Assembly: GCF_006345805.1 (NCBI RefSeq)
Contig: NC_042997.1
Location: 53,506,001 to 53,570,000, forward strand
DNA from: Octopus sinensis
Taxonomy: Eukaryota
Reading direction: 5' to 3'
Length of the DNA: 64,000 bases
In this document: positions 11,281-24,850 of the stretch, piece by piece
Numbering within the stretch: the first letter of the stretch is position 1
Layout: each line of letters begins with the position of its first letter
Position numbers and translations under genes: made by a program
The notes under the pieces: model-generated
Seen by the model: only the letters and a program-made list of their open reading frames with translations
Told to the model about the DNA's origin: nothing
Databases searched by the model: none

Positions 11281-14229
11281 ACTGATAATTTTTTTTGCTG
11301 GTTATAAATATCATAATCAAAGCATTACTAAGACAAATGAATTTATTATCTTCATTCTGTATGAGAACTCTGTCTAATGTCTAACGTTTTCTGCTTTTGT
11401 ATAGTTCTTTCTTTATTTTTTAGTAGACTATACTGATCACTATTTTTTGACATTCCAATGAAACCACCCTTATAATCAGCTGTGAAAAGTATATGGATCT
11501 GTTACTCTGAAAATGCCTGAGTAAAATGACCATTTTTAATTTGAACACTGACAAAACCAAGATAATGATTGTAGGTTTTGGTGAGCATCCAGTGATTCAA
11601 ATTTATGAATAGAGGATCAAATGCCCTCCTGTTGACATTTGCAGTGATTAACAACAAGGATTATCTGCTAGTTGAGTTTGGGCTGCTCAATGATGTGCGA
11701 CCTACCTAAGATCACAATGTATCCTGCAATACAAAGGTGTTGATCTTGAGCTCATTGGTCATGTCAGTTGATTTGTGCAAAGTGAAAGCTTTAAGTTGTG
11801 GAGTTGGCTTGTTAAACACTATATGTAAGTGGATACTAATGTACTTTGGCCACATTTGTTGCTAGCCATTTGAGTGTGTTGAGTGAACTGCCATGCTTGG
11901 TACTATACCAGGCAAGCATTTGCACTGGGATGATGATGTAAAACAGGAGCCTAGGCAACCATCCTTAGCACATCTACTGAGAATGGCTAACTAATCACAA
12001 TGGTGAGTGCTTGTTGATGGAATTCACCAAGGTTTCTTAATTAACCTGATAATGCTATAACAAACAATGATTCATCTGATTTCATCATAGTGTGTAGTTA
12101 AAAAGTTTATTTGGTGATACTAGGTCTGATTCCAATCTTTGGTACCTTAGGTAAGGGTAAGCATCTTCTGTCATTGCTTCAGGTCTATAAAAGCCTTGTG
12201 AGTGATATTTTGAAAACAAAAACCTTGTGGAAGCCTGTTGGAGGGTTAATTTTGTTCCTGGGTTGTAGATTTAATCTGCTGTCTTATTTAATACCACCAT
12301 TTGTCTTTTAGGCATCTTAAACAAAGTCAACATTTGAGCCAGATCTCTAGTCTGAGGATAACTTCCTTTCTTCTTCCTCATTTGGGATGCTCTGAAAATC
12401 ATGGGTATAGCTCTCCTTCTTCTGATTTAATCCTTAAAAGGAATAATCTGTTTTGAAACTGTGTTAGCTTTCTATCTTAGTTATGAATTCTATTTGCTTT
12501 TTCTTTTCATTCTTGAGATACTTTTTCTTTTCATTTCAGTTGTAAAGATTTATTTATGTAACTGAAAAACTTTCAGCTATTGATTTTGAGAAAACTCTTT
12601 ACATTTCTTGCTGTATTGAGATGAAAAATAACTGAACTATTATTTTGTTCATCATTGCATTTTGCTAGATTATTGTAGCCTTTTCACTGTGTAATGACAA
12701 ACTAAATCTAAATCTGATTCAAGAGGTAGAGATATTTTATTCTGTTTCTAGACTCATCTGCAATATATCTTGAAGTTCATTGTCTGAGTCTCAACTCTGA
12801 CCCTTGAGACAATTTCAGAACACACTATTAAATCACTGCTAGTAATGAATGTTAGATTACTTCACTGTGGCAAGGCTAAAAAATCTAATGATTAGCCATG
12901 TGCATGTGCTCTAGAGTATTTCCACATACCATTAGAAGTTGCCTAAAAATATTCCACAAAAAGACTAACATAAAAAAAAAAGGCCTAAGAAACATCTGAA
13001 AAGCTTAACCAAACATATTGCTGAGAATAGGCTCAGAATGAATCCAAAGGAACAGTTTACAGCAATGTAAATTATTAATTGTAGAAACCAGTTAATGTTA
13101 ATGTTAGAAATCACTTTAGGTCTTGTTAAAAATCAATATTATTAAGCCATTTGAATGGAAGTTTTGATCTAGGCACCTTCAAGTTTCTTTTGGTTCTCAT
13201 TACTAAATCTGTATGAGATTGCTAGGAGTTTGACAAGAAAATTTAATGGTGAACATGGCTGATATTAATATAATTCATAATAAGGATCCACTCAGCTCAT
13301 AGTAACAAAGTAATGATCATGGTTAGTAAATTGTGAGGAAACTGGTTAGATCACAATTTTATGTTTAGTATTAATCAATGAAAGCTTGATTAGTAACATG
13401 TTGGCATAGTTACTCTTATACTTTCTCTCTCTCTTTTTCTCTGATCCCTGTTCCTTCTATTTCTCTCTTTATGTCTATCTCTTTTTTAAAATATTTCTTA
13501 TTACCCTCTAGTAAATTTTTTGGTTAATTTGGTTAATTATTCTGATTGCATTACTTATTTCAGTCTGAGACATATTTTATTGATCTATACTTATTGAAGT
13601 GCTAAGTTACATTTTTAACATAAAGGGATGTAACTTGACCTACCAGACATTATATGTAAAAACATATAATGTCTGTTTTCCATGCTAGTATTGTTTGTAC
13701 AGTTTGACAGAATCTTATGAGATGCATCAGACATATGTATATATATGGTGGAAGTCAACTTGTGTCCAAATGCAACCAGTTCTTGGAAAGTTCTTGGAAA
13801 TTTCTCATATATTACCATGGATTACAAAAAAGAGCACAACTGCCAGCCATATGTTGCTGACCAGTATCAAAAAGACATTATGCAAGCTTTGTATTGACCA
13901 CTATTTCTAGGTTCTTCCTGATGAACAGGTGAGCAGTGCTATCTCTGATAAAGGCTTCTCAGTCACTTGAGATGCTGTTGGATTTCGCCTTTGCCATTGT
14001 TTGGAAAAGAAGTGAGCAGTAATCCAAGCCATCTACATGCAAGTACTTCCAGGAATCAAACTTGTGTGTTCAACTACCCCTCATTGCTGCAAGACTGTGA
14101 GAGATCCATAGTATTTTTTAAGAAGTTCCTGCATGTGAAATTAATTATAGTGAGTGAAGTATGACCAGAACTGCACTCACTTTTCAGGTAGAACATTTTT
14201 CTTTTCTGTGGCTCAGAAATTGAATGATC

Positions 14230-14520
14230 CTAGCTTTTACATCAGAGTATTGTTCTTCTAGAGAAATGTTCTGACAAGAACTAGGGATTCATCATTTTGA
14301 AGTGGTTTTACAGTGTACTTGCTCACCATCAAAAATTACTTTGTCTTAATGCATCATATTATTGGATGGCCATTGACTCTTTTGAAATTCTCTACTCTTT
14401 GACAAGTCTTGCTTTTCATCCTGCAGGATGTCCAAAATCATGCATTTCACCAAGCTTCCTTGGTAAGGTTGTCAGTTTAGTTGCTGATAACCCAAACATA
14501 CAACACATGGTACTGTGGTA
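14230..14520 (-). mobile_element. Decayed copy of the element at 61425-61930
   Basis: Shared segments ggatggccattgactct, ttttcatcc(t/c)(g/a)caggatg, ttggta(a/g)ggttg(t/c)c(a/g)gtttagt. Confidence 0.65.
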
Positions 14521-14569
14521 ACTAACATGTAACCAGTATCACTCTCAAGTGATCTTGCTCTCTCATGCA

Positions 14570-14745
14570 CACACACACACACACACGTTGAGTTTCTGCA
14601 TAGATTCCGTCTATCAAATTCCATTCGTAAGACATTGGTCAACTTGAGGCTAGAGTAAAAGATACTTACTCAAGGTGCCACTCAGTGGGATTGAACCTGA
14701 AACTACATTGTTGTGAAGTGATCTTCTTAACTACATGGCTGTTGC
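14570..14745 (-). mobile_element. SINE family A 5' half
   Basis: tctatcaaattccattcgtaagacattggtc...aaggtgccactcagtgggattgaacctg. Confidence 0.75.
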
Positions 14746-15153
14746 TATTGAAATTTCCCAAACACTAAAGATTGCAGAAGCATGCTTGCTTTTGTTCTAG
14801 TTTACATTCCAATATCAGGTGACTTTGATAAGATAGTAATAGCATTTTCGATGAAAATCTACTCCAGTTACAATATGACTGGAAGCCTTACAGACAATAG
14901 AGACAGACTGTATTGTTAGTGTAACAAGTGGGATATTGTTTTATATAAAATCTTCAGTAGGAAAAAGACTGATTGATTAGGGCTTACTTTATATACTGCA
15001 TAAATCTCAAAGTCAACTTCAGCAGGATTTTTGCTCTGAACATAAAGTGATTGACTAAATAGAGAGATTCATTCTTCATTCCTCTACTAAATCCACAGCC
15101 CTTTTAATGTCAATAATAAAGATTTCTGATGTATGCTTACAACCAAAGTTTGG

Positions 15154-15550
15154 TGGGAGGGTTCAGTGTATTCTATGTTTTGAGGGAGGGTTGAGATTAT
15201 TCTGTGTTGTGCAAAGCTCTCTGTAGTGAGTGGGTTCAGCTTATTCTATGTTTTACATGAGGGCTCAGCTAATTCAGTGTTTTGTGGCAGGGGTCAAATC
15301 ATTGTATGTTTTGTAGGAGGACACAGATTATTCTATGTGTTCTGGGAGGGCTCAGATTATTCTGTGTATTGTGGGAAGGCTCATGTTACTCTGTGTTGTG
15401 GGTGAGCTCAGTTTATTCTGTTTTGCATGAGGGTTCAGCTAATTCAGTGTTTTGTGGAAGGGTTTAGATTATTCTATATGTTGTGAAGAGGGCTCAGATT
15501 ATTCTGGACCATGGTATGGCTCAGATGATTCATTCTTCTGTGTTGTGGGT
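15154..15550. repeat. Degenerate minisatellite, ~30-bp unit gggagggctcagattattctgtgttgt, roughly 13-14 copies
   Basis: Recurring ggg(c/t)tcag(a/c/t)ttattct(a/g)tgtt(g/t)t. Confidence 0.85.
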
Positions 15551-17442
15551 TAAGATAATTTATTTAACCCCAATATTTGACTGACTGCTAAATGGATGAA
15601 AGTCAAAACTGATTCAAGTAGATTAGAGCTCAGAATGTATAAGAATGTAATAAACACAGCAAAGAATTTTATCTGATTGTACTATCCACCATTCTTTTAA
15701 TACCACTATTAAAGTAACTTTAATTATTCATTATGCAACATGTAATTATTTGATAATGTTACTTAGTAATATCCATATATTACAACTATGCCCTATAATC
15801 ATTCTCCTTTACTTAAATGTTATTATCATTTTACATTGTCTTGCATCTTAGTCATACATAGTGATCATTTGGTTTCCATTTTATATTGCAGTCAATAATT
15901 AGATTATATTTGTGCTTCTTTGGGGAATTAAAATTGAAAGTACACATTTTGGACGACATTACTTGGGAAAAATCAAGAGTGATTTATGTTTGTTTTAACT
16001 AAATGTTTCTTCCCTAGGTGATGAATAATGAAAGTTAGGATTTATAAAGTGTGTTTAGTAATGCATGGACAATAAGGCTTGGGTTAGGACCAACAGATTG
16101 TGTTATAAAATGCATTATACAAGAAAGAAGGGAGCAGCTGAATATAGTACAGAAAATGGATGGCAGGAGCTATATTAGGCTTGTGAGCAACTGAGAATTA
16201 TTGATATAATAAAGAAAATTAATAAAACCTGATTCAGTGAAGTGATTAAGACTTAAGCTATAAACAGTTGCTCATACTAATTTATTTCATTACACTTGAA
16301 TAGAAATATCTAATAATACCATTATTTCCCATGATGAAGAGGAAGAGATAATAAATAGATTTTCAGTTAACCTCATATCTAATATAACTGAATTATTTTT
16401 TACAATTACCATATTAAATATGCTGAATCATTTATTTAAAATCCTCTTTTCCTCTCTCAGTTTGTCATTATTTAGCTATTGCTCTCTGAATGTAAATTAC
16501 CTATATTATTACAATTACCATATATGGCGAAGTCTATGGTGAAGTTTTTGTCAGATTAAACTCATAGTGTTTCAAAAAACAAAGCTTATTAGTGATAAGA
16601 AATCATTAGTGAAATATTGTGCAGTATTAGGTATTCTATTATAATGCCAATTCTGATTAGGAAATTCAAGTTTTCTGGTTTAAATGAGGGTTAGTTGGAA
16701 AAGAGAAATTACTTAAAATAATCAAGAGATGAATCTTAACCAACCTATTGTACCATCAATATAAAAATGAATATTGTACCATTAAATCTTTCAACCTACA
16801 CTTGTTATCAGAAAAGAAATTACAGACTTAGTCACAATTTACATAACGTGTATGGTTGACTAAATTAATTAGCTCTCTTTTTTTTTTTTTTCTTACATTA
16901 TTAACGGCAAAGGCAGTGCCTGTGATCCTTTACATATCTTCAGAGACTGGTGGAAGGGATGGAGAAAGGTTTTCTCAAATCAGAGACCTAAGCCTAAATG
17001 TTTGCAAACAACTTATCTAAAGGCACCCAAAGTATCAGGTGGTAGTGTTAAACTAGGTGGCGAAAAATATATTCCTACAAGTAAATTCTGAAGTCCAATA
17101 ATTTAGACTTTTGGTTTCAATATTTTATATGTAGGTTGGTTGTTCCATTAAGATCAATATTAGGTGTAAAACATTATTCTAGTTGTTTGACAAGACTTTG
17201 GTTTGCAAAAATTATACTTTATCATTTACTTGAGAACCATTTTTTAAATTCAATCTAAAATTTCAGGATATAATATATATATATATATATATATGAAATT
17301 GTTCATGAGGAATCCCTAAATGGGATGAAAACGCTAAATAAATCATTTTTATCTAAATCCTGACTACCTCTTTTTTCTTTATAAATATATCTATATCTGT
17401 CTGTCTGTCTGTCTCTCAGTCTGTCTATATATATATATATAT

Positions 17443-17475
<33 letters not shown>

Positions 17476-20107
17476 TCACCAAATAGTTGTACTAGAACTA
17501 ATAAAAAATGTAGATTGGAATAGAAATTTAAGTGAATTCCATGAACATTAAATTTGTTTATATAATGACCAGTTTTGTTATATGATGCTATATGTATGAT
17601 AATGTTATTAATTCATGATAATGTTGTCATATAAGTTTACATTTCTAACATTTGTCTTTTTTAAAATATTAATATTTGTTAAATTCAAGATTACTGAAAA
17701 AAACTTAATGTTGTAAATTTCTTTTGCTTCTGTTTTGAATAACTACTCTTTGAATGAAAGAAAATAATATCTAAGTACCTATTACTTCCATAAAATAATT
17801 ATAATTTCTTTTTTATGAAAATAGATTGCACAAAATATTTATTTTTAGGAAGAGACATCAAATTTTCTCTGTTTAATTAAGCATGCTTTATTGGGTTTCA
17901 AAATTGTTTAGCCCCTGTTCAGCCCTAAATGAGAGGACTTGAAAGCACTCTAGCTGTGACAATCTTGTCTTTTCATTCATCTGTGATTACATTGACCAGT
18001 GGTCATTCTTTGTGACTTTGGAGAAAAATTTGGTCATCAATTCTAATAAGCTGAGTGACCATTCAGAAGTGCTTTCAATTTCAGTTATTTTTATAAAGTG
18101 CCTTTCTTTGTGTACACTTTTAGCAAATACTGCATGTATTCACTAAGGGATATATATAAAAAAAAAAGGTATCTCAAAATCTCTTCCATTTTGTTTCTTA
18201 CAAATTGCAAGGACCATGTAGGTGCTTTGTAATGTAGAAGTATTTTGTAGAATTGAAAGAGGAAAATTATGAATGGTCTTAAAATCGAGTCCTTTGTTAA
18301 GAGTTTACCTTCAGTAACACAGAAGCATTAATAACTTATAATAACTTATAATGTGTATATTGATTTGAAGTATGATATAATTTATTTTGTCTAAAAATAA
18401 AACATCTTATTTTGAAATTTTATAATTAAGGCTAAAATTATATATCAAGAAGTGTATTCTCTAAAATTAATTTTATTATGTGATTAACTCAAATATTGTT
18501 AAGAAGGAGGATTCATATCTAAATTTTGATTACAGCATTCATTAATTTTCTAAAATACTTCATAGATAAAATATAAATATAATTTTCTTCTTTTAAATAT
18601 TCATTTACAGGGCATTGCTACCTTTTAAGTAACATTCTACTTGACATCGAAAAGGATTTTTTAAAATTAAAAGAACTCTAAATATTACATGTTGCAGAAA
18701 ATAAAGAATAAATTCACTGTTTGTATTTCTAAATCAAATATTTTTATTTCAGAATGTCAGTATGTTATGCCTTAAAAATTCCCTACGCTAACTATTAGAT
18801 ATACAATATAGCTGTTTAATTATTTGAATAAACCAACCATATGATAGGTGAAAAGTATTTAGTCATTATTAACCCTTTTAATTACACTTTAACAATTTTG
18901 TGATCTTATCTTTAATTAAATACTCTATTAATGTGTTTTAATTAATATTTTAAAATATCATCTAGAATTTGGAGTGATTTTATAAAATAACTAAATGCTT
19001 GGAACATAACTTAAAAGTTCTTACCTAAAATTAAGTCAAAGATTTATTTTCAGTATGTTCTTTAACATGATTATGTTTCATAAAACTGTGAATTGTTTCA
19101 TGTGTGTTAGTATCAAAAGGGTTAACGGTTTATCATTCATAAATACATTCAATGCTTATTTTACTTTCTACAAATTTAGTATGGCATATAAAATACTGCT
19201 TGTTGGTTAAACTCTACTCAAGAGGCTTTGTGTCATGTGTGAGACCATGTGTCTATACTGGAAAGTCTTACTTTATTCTGTATTGGTAGAACAGCATCAG
19301 TTGTGGCTGTGGAGGGTCACATCGAAGCAACAATCACAGTGGACTGCTACTTTCCATGTTTTGACATTACAATGGAACAATACAGAAACTTCCTGTCCAG
19401 GATGCAGATCTTAACAAATTTGTATGAAAGACCAGCATTTTTCCATGCTGCAAGACTTACCACTTCATGCTGCTGATGTTGCCTAAGGCTGATACAGGTT
19501 AGCATCAGTGTTGTCACAAGTTGTTGCCAGAATGAAGTTTGACAACAGGCCACCTTAGTATCTCCAGTTCCAGTTTTGTCTTCAGGTTTTACTCTTAAAG
19601 CCTTTTCTTGAACAAATATGACTGCAAGGCAGAGGAGACTTAAAATTCAGAGTTTTGCATCTTTTAACTGATCTGTTTTCTCAGGATGCAAGTTATCTCC
19701 ACCCAAAGCCCTAGCTTCACAGTACCAGGATCTGCCTTTAACCTTTTTCCAGTTAGTAAAAACAGTTTCACTGGATTAGGCTTAAGCCACATGAGAAAGC
19801 TAAGAATTGGGCTTGTTTCAGATGCTTGCCATGAGTAGTAGTTTTTACATAGTGAGAGCTTGTCCCCAACAACACAACTTGCTTTGATAATTTGCATCAC
19901 AGAAGTAGCAGATCAAAGTTTTTGCTATTTATTTATTGCATTCATCTTATGCAGGTTACTGATGCCATAGAAATAAATAACTAAGTTTTCACAGCATTAC
20001 ATCAAAGATAGATCAGTTCTGAAATCAATTTCTACTTCACCCATTTTAAAGGTCTACCCTACCATTTTATACTACTTACTTTTTTTTAATATGTACTAAA
20101 ATTCTAG

Positions 20108-20225
20108 TCATCATCATCATCATTATTTTAATGTCTACTTTTCCATGCTTGCATAGGTCAGAGGTTATTGAGGCAGATTTTCTATAGCTGGATGTTCTTC
20201 CATGGAAAATCTTCCTCAAAAAACC
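20108..20225 (-). mobile_element. RTE-type terminal module with (GAT)n tail
   Basis: (tca)n then ttttccatgcttgcat...gaggcagattttctatagctggatg; reverse complement of the 38020-38120 module. Confidence 0.7.
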
Positions 20226-22036
20226 CTTTCTAGTGCATGCAAGAAAGGAAAAGTGATTGTTAAAATGATGATGATGATGATTAAAATTTTAGTAGTGTTT
20301 ATAATTTTCATCAATCCCTTGTTTTTGTTATTAAAACTGCGAAAGAAAGGTTGCTTTTCTGTAACATCTCTACAGATTCAAAAGGTAAATACTTACATTA
20401 ACTGCTAAAGCTGTATGGCATTTATTTCAAGAAACATCTTGAAGATCAATATATTTTACTGTAATTTTGATTGCTGAAATTATGAGAATTTTGTATGGAG
20501 ATTTTATTTATGTTATAACTTTGATATCATAGCAAAGCTACATTATTTCATCATCACTATTGTTTTGATATGCTAGCTCAGCTTGGTTAGTCTAACCACC
20601 ATCATGTTGCCACTTGCTCATATATTATATCATCGCTTCTGAATCCCAGCATTCTAAAATCCCATTTCACTTTCTCACCTCTTTTTTACACATTTTTCTC
20701 TTGTAAAGACTTGTTATATTTGGCAAAGGATGGGTTGGATTGGGTTGAATAATAACAGTTAAACAGACAATGCATGAAATGTATTAAAAACATTTCTTTG
20801 AAAACAATTATTTTTTTTAATATACCAAAATGCTTTATTTAAAAATGCTTTTGACAATATATTTTTTTTTGTATTTAATGAAACATAAATCCAATTTATT
20901 TTGCTATTTGTTTTTTCTCTTTGTAATTTTGTTTCAGCAATGACTTAAATTTATTTTCATATGTGTGTGTGTGTGTGTGTTTTGAAAATAAAGAATTTAG
21001 CACTTAGCCGAGTAAGATAGTCAACTTGAGTATTAAACATTTCATAAAATTAAAAGTGAGTTAGTTGGCTATCAAAAATTTAGAGCAACATAACCAAGAC
21101 AGTTCTGAATAAGTTAAAAACCTAAGGAAGAAAAAATAAAAAGAAAAGCAACAACAGCAAAGGAAAGAAAGTTATCAGGCAGAATATGCTTAAATAATGA
21201 TGATATTGTAAAAGAGGTAGTAAAGAAAATGATAAAAGAAAATAATACTGGATGCAGATGGCAGTCATCATCATTGTCATTGTAAATGTCATCAACCTCT
21301 TGAAGTTGTACTGGCTACCCAGTGACAAATGATGAGATCTCTCCTCTCTTCACCTGACAAAAGATTCTTAGTTTATCATCATCATCATCATAACCATCAG
21401 TGTTTTCATATATAATATGTTATTGTTTGTGCTGAACGAGCTTTTCCTGTTGCTTTTCCTTGATTAGAGTTTATCATTATGATACTGTAACTGCTGCTTC
21501 TGTTGTCAATGATAATGATGATGATGATGACGGTATCTTTTTAAGTATGATTTTTTACTGTTGTTGGGTGAACTCTTCTTAGTTGTCTCTGTTTTATGTC
21601 AAGTTTATTTAAAGATGGATTTTTGTAGTAATTCTCTTTGTAAAATAATATTGTAATTACAATATAATTATTTTGAGAAGACTGCATAATTTCCTTTACG
21701 TTATAGTCTACACTCTCGTGCAATTATATAGTTTTGTTTAATTTTTTTTGTGATTTGCAGCAGATTTTGAAGTAACTTGTTGCAACAGTAATCAGACTTG
21801 GTTTGCTTGCACTTTTTGTGTTATCATTCATCTGAAGAAATAACCTATTCTGAACTTCATTTCATCTTTCTATGACCCTTTTGTGATACTTCCTCATAAC
21901 ATACCATTGTTTGGCTTTGGACCCAAACTAAAATTTAGGCCAAATTACCTTTTATGGCACTACTGAATCACAGTGTATTCTATTAGAATATTTTGTGAAA
22001 TTTTTGTAACCATATTGAGATGTATCTTTATCTTGT

Positions 22037-22435
22037 ACTTGTTTCAGTCATTGGACTGCAGCCATGCTGGGGCAGTGCTTTGAAGGGTTTTGTTGAACAA
22101 GTAGATCCCAGTACTTAATTTTAAGTCTGGTATTTATTCTATCAGTCCCTTTTACTGAATTGCTAAGCTATGGGGATGTAAAGAAATCAAGTACCAGTTA
22201 TCAAGCAGTGGTGGGATACAAATACATACCTTCCTCACACACACATATACATTATAATACATACATATATTATAATGAGTTTCTACACAGTTTCCATCTA
22301 CCAAATTCACTCACAAGACATTGGTCAAGTTGGAACTATACTAAAAGACATCTACCCAGGGTACTACAGAATGAGACTGAACCTGAAACCAGGTGGTTGT
22401 AAAGTGAACTTCTTAATCACACAACCATGCCTGTA
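22037..22435 (-). mobile_element. SINE family A, diverged full-length copy
   Basis: cttgtttcagtcattggactgcagccatgctgg...tttccatctaccaaattcactcacaag...ttcttaatcacacaaccatgcctg. Confidence 0.85.
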
Positions 22436-23340
22436 TATGGAAGTTGGAATTTTCTTTCATTTCAGAATATTTTCTGATAGAGTAATTAATATTGACCTCT
22501 GAATACCAATGAAAATATATTTGTTCCCTTCACCATCCATTGTTTCATCTGAATTATTCTTGAAACACTTTATCTGTTGTGGTCCATAAAAATGAAACCC
22601 ATTGAATTTACTATATCACTAAAATGGGGTTTTCCCTTCAAAAGAAAAACCTTCTCAGTTAAGAAGTTTACATGTCTTTAGTTGGTTTTTTTTTTTTTTC
22701 CAGACAGATTTGGTTATTTTATCATTTAATATATACTGCTTCATTGGAATATGCAGTTTTTTCAATTTAGAATTGGGTAAACATAGTCAAATGGAGTATT
22801 CTTATGCTTTGTTTTGTCAGTAAGAAACTGTTTCACAAAGTTTCCTGTGAAAGTTAAAAATTAGATTTGATTTTGTTTCTCCAAAGTTCTTTACACTGAA
22901 ACTAATTTATCAACAGCAGTCAAATCTCCCCTCTTCAATATATTTATGTATTTCAGGAAATGTATGTAAGCAATATCTGAAATTAATTTGTTTAGTTTCA
23001 ATTTCCCTTTCTCATGTGGATTAGATGACCCTAATTATTTGATGCAAGGGATTTCAAAGCTTGATGTTGTTCCTACCACTAATCAATCAACTGTACAGTA
23101 GGATTGGAACTAGGTCATGAAACAGGCAAAATATGGCAGAAGTTACCAAGTTTTGAACCCATGACCATGCAATCAGTAGTCTATAGAATTAAAATTCTAT
23201 AATGCCTACTGGTAGTAATTCTTAATACTTCAAGCATTACTTTCAACTAAGAAAAGAAAATGGAGAAAAAACTTTTTAGCATGGATGAGCTCTAAGGATT
23301 CTCGGCATTTGAAAAACAGTTGTAGACGTTTATATTATTA

Positions 23341-23833
23341 GACTTGTAGGGACATGGTATTTTGTTATGCAACCATAATATGCTACAAAGTATTTTAAAC
23401 GTTTTTATAAGTCAATACCATGTACTACTGTGTTAGCAGTGCACTTAAATCATGTGTTAAGGTCATCTGTACAGATTTTCTATATAAATTAAAGCCAGCA
23501 TTGATTTTATTATGATACTTTGTGTCCAAGATGTCAGATGTAAGCAAAAAATGGGTGATGGGTGTATATGCCATATTTTGGAAGCTTTTGCTCCTTCATC
23601 AGCACCCATCCAACCCATTAATTATCCACAAACTTATTGCTTAAATAACCACTACATACTGCAGTGTACTGTGATTGGATATACTAATTTACATACTAAA
23701 CACATCCCTGGAAGCTGGTATGTAAATATCTATGACTTGTAGGCACACAGTATTTCGTTATGCAACCATAATATACTGCAAAGTATGTTAAACATTTTTA
23801 TAAGTCAATACCATGTACTTCTCTGTTAGCAGT
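23341..23833. repeat. Pair of ~100-bp direct repeats (23341-23440 and 23734-23833)
   Basis: gacttgtagg...gttatgcaaccataatat...tttttataagtcaataccatgtact...gttagcagt in both. Confidence 0.85.
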
Positions 23834-24487
23834 ATAATAATTTGTTGTAGAATTATTGACCTTGAATTACATGTGTGTGCATATGTATGTGCAAAAATTT
23901 AATTTGTTTTATCTCAAACGTTGTCCTTTTCCTTGAATAGGCTGAGAATGACAAATAAATATGTAAAAATCTCTTCATATTGATAATTTAGGTGTCATAG
24001 TTATCTTTGTGACCATTATACATAAATCCCCAGAATCAAAGTGCTATGTTATAAAAATATCTATAATTACATTATGATTACTTTCATAAGCTCAGAATAT
24101 ATTATTGATATTGGAAAAGTAGCACAATTTCTTTTCTTTTAATATCAGTTGAAATGAACTTGTTTATTTCTTCTTTTTCTTTTGTTCTACTGTTGAAAAA
24201 AAAACCCTTTATAACTTTACAATACATTTTGAAATTAGAAAACATATTATGATTTAAGAATTACCTTAATATTTACATCTTTTCTTATTTGACTTTTGTT
24301 CTAATCTATTAAATTACTTTTCAATTCAATATCCATTTCCAAGGAAATTATTATTACACTTCCTTTTTTTATATTTCAATTAGATTTGTTTTACCTGACA
24401 CTAAATATTAATGTATCTGGTGTTCCTGTTTTCTACAACAATCTGGTCATAACCTTTTGGCTTTATTTAATAGTGTATATATAGTGT

Positions 24488-24850
24488 ATAGGCACAGGAG
24501 TGGCTGTGTGGTAAGTAGCTTGCTTACTAACCACTGCATGACACTTTGGGCAAGTGTCTTCTACTATAGCTCTGGGCCAACCAAAGCCTTGTGAGTGGAT
24601 TCTGTAGACAGTAACTGAAAGAAGCCCACCGTATATATACATATATATGTGTGTGTGTGTGTTTGTTCCCCCCACCATCACTTGACAACTGATGCTGGTG
24701 TGTTTACGTCCCTGTAACTTAGCAGTTCAGCAAAAGGGACTGATAGAATAAGTACTAGGCTTACAAAGAATAAATCCTGAGGTCAATTTATTCGACCAAA
24801 GGCATTGCTCCAGCATGGCTGCAGTCAGATGACTGAAACCAAAAAGAAAA
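24488..24850 (+). mobile_element. SINE family A with an internal deletion removing the B box
   Basis: ggcacaggagtggctgtgtggtaagtagcttgcttactaaccac joined directly to tgcatgacactttgggcaag; intact 3' part. Confidence 0.88.

Noticed and set aside
11480-13330. Possible old L2/CR1 LINE remnants (LNTDKTKIM, LQVYKSLV, ENRLRMNPK)
   Set aside because: Isolated short motifs; too decayed to assign boundaries or family with confidence.
14178-16025. Additional AG|GT junctions (ttttcag|gtagaa at 14187; ttccctag|gtgatg at 16017)
   Set aside because: Donor halves are weak and expected by chance in an intron this long.
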